Part shown: positions 61,061 through 64,000 of the stretch, in pieces | Layout of the letters: every line of letters starts with the position of its first letter | Position numbering within the stretch: position 1 is the first letter of the stretch | Virus record (IMG/VR): IMGVR_UViG_3300015202_000004 | Span: 129,980 to 193,979 of that record | DNA from: a virus | Direction: 5' to 3' (one strand) | Length of the DNA: 64,000 nucleotides | The notes under the pieces: generated by a model | Database searches by the model: none | Told to the model about the DNA's origin: nothing | The model's input: the letters and a program-made list of their open reading frames with translations, nothing else | Position numbers and translations under genes: made by a program

Positions 61061-62182
61061 ATGGCAAACAAAGAGGCACGTAAAGCCCTTGAAGAAGCGC
61101 AAGAAAAGCGTTCTTCTTTGCTTAACAATCTGTTGAAAACAGTCAAGCCCGAGCATATTGCCCAGCGTCAGCCCAAAAAGAAAACAAACGTTCAACTTTA
61201 CGGTTTAATGCGTTTGGGTACTCATGCGAACCACGAAGTTCGTTCTTTGGAAAGTTATATCTCCAAGTCCTACAATTTGGAAAAACAGAAGCTTGGCTTA
61301 GTAAAACACTTGTACGTCAAATACTCAGTGCCAAATTTCATGTACGACTTGTTCACGGATACGAACAAAAATCATCCATACTTTGGTTATCAATGGTTCT
61401 TCTGTCTTACACAAGGGGGTAGCTTCCAGAAATTAGTCAAAGATATTTTGACAAAAAAAGAATGTATTTCTTTCTTGGAAACGCCTGATGGATACAACTT
61501 CCAACGAGCATTTTGGTTCGCAAAATTGAAGAATCAAGCGATTTCTCCAAAGATTATTTCAAGTTTGCTTTTCACGAAAGACTTCTTTTCCCGTGCCGAG
61601 CCCACCGCAACAAACGTGGAGTGTTACGCACATGTTATTGAATTCTACGCTAAATATCATACCGAAATGGATGACTTGACCTTTGATGAAGTCACTGATT
61701 TCATCTATTATAAAATCGGGAACGATGCCGCCTTCACGTTGCGTGGCCGAACGTTGAATTCCATCAAAATGTTGTCCAATGAATGGCATAACTTGATGCA
61801 AAAAGCAAAGTATGGCAGCAAGGTGACATGGGATGGTAAGCTTCTCGCACCGTGGTATTATGAAAACAAAGAGGCGATGTGGGAAATCTTCGAGCTAAAG
61901 TCAAATCACGATTTGATTAAAGAAGGGCGTAAGCAAAAACATTGCGTTTCTTACTATGTCACCCAGTGCGTTGAAGGGCGTTGCAACATTTTCTCCTTGC
62001 GTAAGCATAACCCGGATACGTTAGTGGAAAATGAAAAGTCTCGTATCACCATGGAAATGCGTCAAAGTTCAATTGTTCAAATTCGCGGGAGTCAGAATCG
62101 TCAGGCAAACGGCGAAGAAATACGTATTATTCAGAAATTCGCAGATAAACAAGGGTTCCAAATCACGTCCCGAAGCTGGTAG
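61061..62182 (+). CDS. PcfJ-like domain protein
   Basis: L..EG..Q.HCV..Y...C..G...IFSLR...TME......VQIRG..N. Confidence 0.8.
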   Translation: MANKEARKALEEAQEKRSSLLNNLLKTVKPEHIAQRQPKKKTNVQLYGLMRLGTHANHEVRSLESYISKSYNLEKQKLGLVKHLYVKYSVPNFMYDLFTDTNKNHPYFGYQWFFCLTQGGSFQKLVKDILTKKECISFLETPDGYNFQRAFWFAKLKNQAISPKIISSLLFTKDFFSRAEPTATNVECYAHVIEFYAKYHTEMDDLTFDEVTDFIYYKIGNDAAFTLRGRTLNSIKMLSNEWHNLMQKAKYGSKVTWDGKLLAPWYYENKEAMWEIFELKSNHDLIKEGRKQKHCVSYYVTQCVEGRCNIFSLRKHNPDTLVENEKSRITMEMRQSSIVQIRGSQNRQANGEEIRIIQKFADKQGFQITSRSW

Positions 62183-64000
62183 GTATTGACTTTTCGATTA
62201 TTCTGTGGTAAGATATAGAGTATGAGACAGTATGACGAAGTACACGATTATATATCGGCAAGCGAAGCAAAAATCGACCTTGCGTGTACTTTTTCGTCAT
62301 TCAAGCAAGCCCTTCGCAATTTCTTCTGGCTGACGTTCTTTGGTGAACGTGGCATGAACGCAAAAATTAAAGAAATAATCGACGCAGAGTTGTTTGCCGA
62401 ACAAGAAGAATTCAAGCGTAACCATATTGCTGAGAAGTCACCCGGCGTGTATGTTTATTACGATTATACTCATATTAAAGAAGGTGCGACGATTCTTTAC
62501 AAGAAGATTCTGCATACCGATGTATCTCCGTTAGTTGCAATGATTCAACTTTTCAAAAAGCATCGTAAAGCAGATTACATTACTTTGCACATTAATAGTG
62601 AGACGCACATTATGGGTCAGCGAGTAGGGAATAAAATTAATGTTCATTCCAAGGACATGAAATATAAATCTTCTATTCTATTGACAAACGATTAGTTTTC
62701 TGTTATAATCTAATTATGACAAAGTTTACGACTGTATCAGGTAGCCATTATACGTTGGATACCGTCAATAAAAAATGGTATCGCCCTTCTAACGAAAACT
62801 CGTTAAGTGTCCGCACAAGCGGTGGTGATTATACGGTGGTCAGCGAAATTAAAGTTGGTGAACCTGTGATAATTGTGTGCCCGCCCCTTGTTGAGCAAGC
62901 GCTTGCCCGATTCATTACCACAAGCGAAGTCGCAATGATTCATGAGGAAGCAAATGTTTAATTGGCTTTCAAAAATTTTCAAGCCAAAGAAGAAAATCAT
63001 TAAAGTAAAGATTCCTTATTGGTCTTTTGTCGATAATGGCGTGACCCTTACTAATCATTACCACATTCGTCAACTGTCTTCAGTAGGATATAAATTAGGC
63101 GGCGGCGTCGATACCCCAACTTTGTGTGGTATTCATCAAGGTACTTATTTTGATGTTAAAACACCTGTGATTGAAGTGAATCTTTCACAAGCTTGTAAAA
63201 ATTGTGTCAAAGAATATCGCTTGCTTCCAAATACTTAAAATTAGGTATTGACATATAACCGTTTGTATGGTAAGATAAACACATGAAAACAACTGAACCA
63301 ACTGAACCAACACTTTTTGACCGCACGATTCCTGATAATAGCCCTGGTCTTTTGCCTGATTATGTTTTTCGAGCAATCGAACATTCCAAGGGCCTAAGTA
63401 TTCATGAATTGGAAACTCATTTCACGCCTCGTTATTTTAGTGAAAACGAAGTGGCATGTATGTTGTACGACCTAGTTAATGAAGGCAAAGTTGAAGCCGT
63501 TCCTCGTGGTTATCCGCTTGGGCCTCTCTACTTTGTGAAAGGAATCAGCAAGCACTAATGTTAAATTGGTGGACTGACCTAGTTGATTCTTTCAATCGAA
63601 AGATAGAAGGAGACAATAAGCGTTACGAGGATAAATTGAAATCTGAATATCTGGAAAGAACAAAACGTCATGCTAAATTTATACATATGTATTTAAAAGA
63701 TAATTATCCTGATTGTTCTGAAGAATTTAGAAATGGATTTGCCGAAGCAATCACAAATATTCGCCGACCAGGAATTGGCATGGGCGCGTATCGTTTCATG
63801 CAGCCTTTAACAAAGAAACTTCTTGGTTTTTCTGCCTACAAAGATTTCAATGTGACAAAGTAATTGAGTATTGACTTTCATTAGTTTTTATGGTACAATA
63901 AATCTACTATGACAAAGAACAATGACATTATGTATTTCGACTCTATTTATTCAATTGATTTGATAATCCTTACTCGTGGTGATTTGTCTTCTTCAACAAT

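Larger units (their letters stand above)
30931..63252 (+). promoter_or_regulatory. dispersed GGTATTGAC extended -35 promoters
   Basis: GGTATTGAC at 30931, 40857, 43263, 44222, 45908, 52358, 56221, 56612, 58137, 58732, 61022, 62182 and 63244; nearly all have a -10 hexamer 17 nt downstream. Confidence 0.8.
55384..64000 (+). other. run of short monocistronic hypothetical genes, each with its own promoter
   Basis: ORFs at 55384, about 55868, 56260, 56651, 56966, 58176, 58510, 58771, 58932, 60492, 60775, 62222, 62716, 63283, 63558 and 63909, most preceded by TTGAC-N17-TAnnnT. Confidence 0.6.

Overview
Segment of a large, AT-rich (jumbo-type) bacteriophage genome. It contains no recognisable structural-gene or replisome operon and is almost all accessory genes. 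Genes run mainly on the minus strand to about 28 kb and mainly on the plus strand after that, many with their own sigma70-like promoter (often GGTATTGAC-type) and a leaderless start. The window holds a broad RNA/tRNA repair toolkit: intein-containing RtcB, an Rnl2-type ligase, a CCA-adding enzyme, a Pth2-like protein, an RlaP-like nucleotidyltransferase, a 3'-5' exoribonuclease, phosphoesterases and seven tRNAs, several of them atypical. It also encodes nucleotide/ADP-ribose enzymes (NADAR, Nudix, macro-like, MazG-like, SpoT-HD), Ku with an ATP-dependent DNA ligase, PhoH, and several HNH endonucleases. The main finding is a Ro60/TROVE gene preceded by a separately transcribed array of five Y-RNA-like ncRNAs: four contain circularly permuted tRNA-like modules and one is a bare stem. 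Four further promoter- and terminator-bounded orphan structured ncRNA candidates (about 26.1 kb and 48.9-50.2 kb) and a group of Cys-free enzymes that may be virion-packaged also stand out. All family calls come from motif recognition by eye; no database searches were run.
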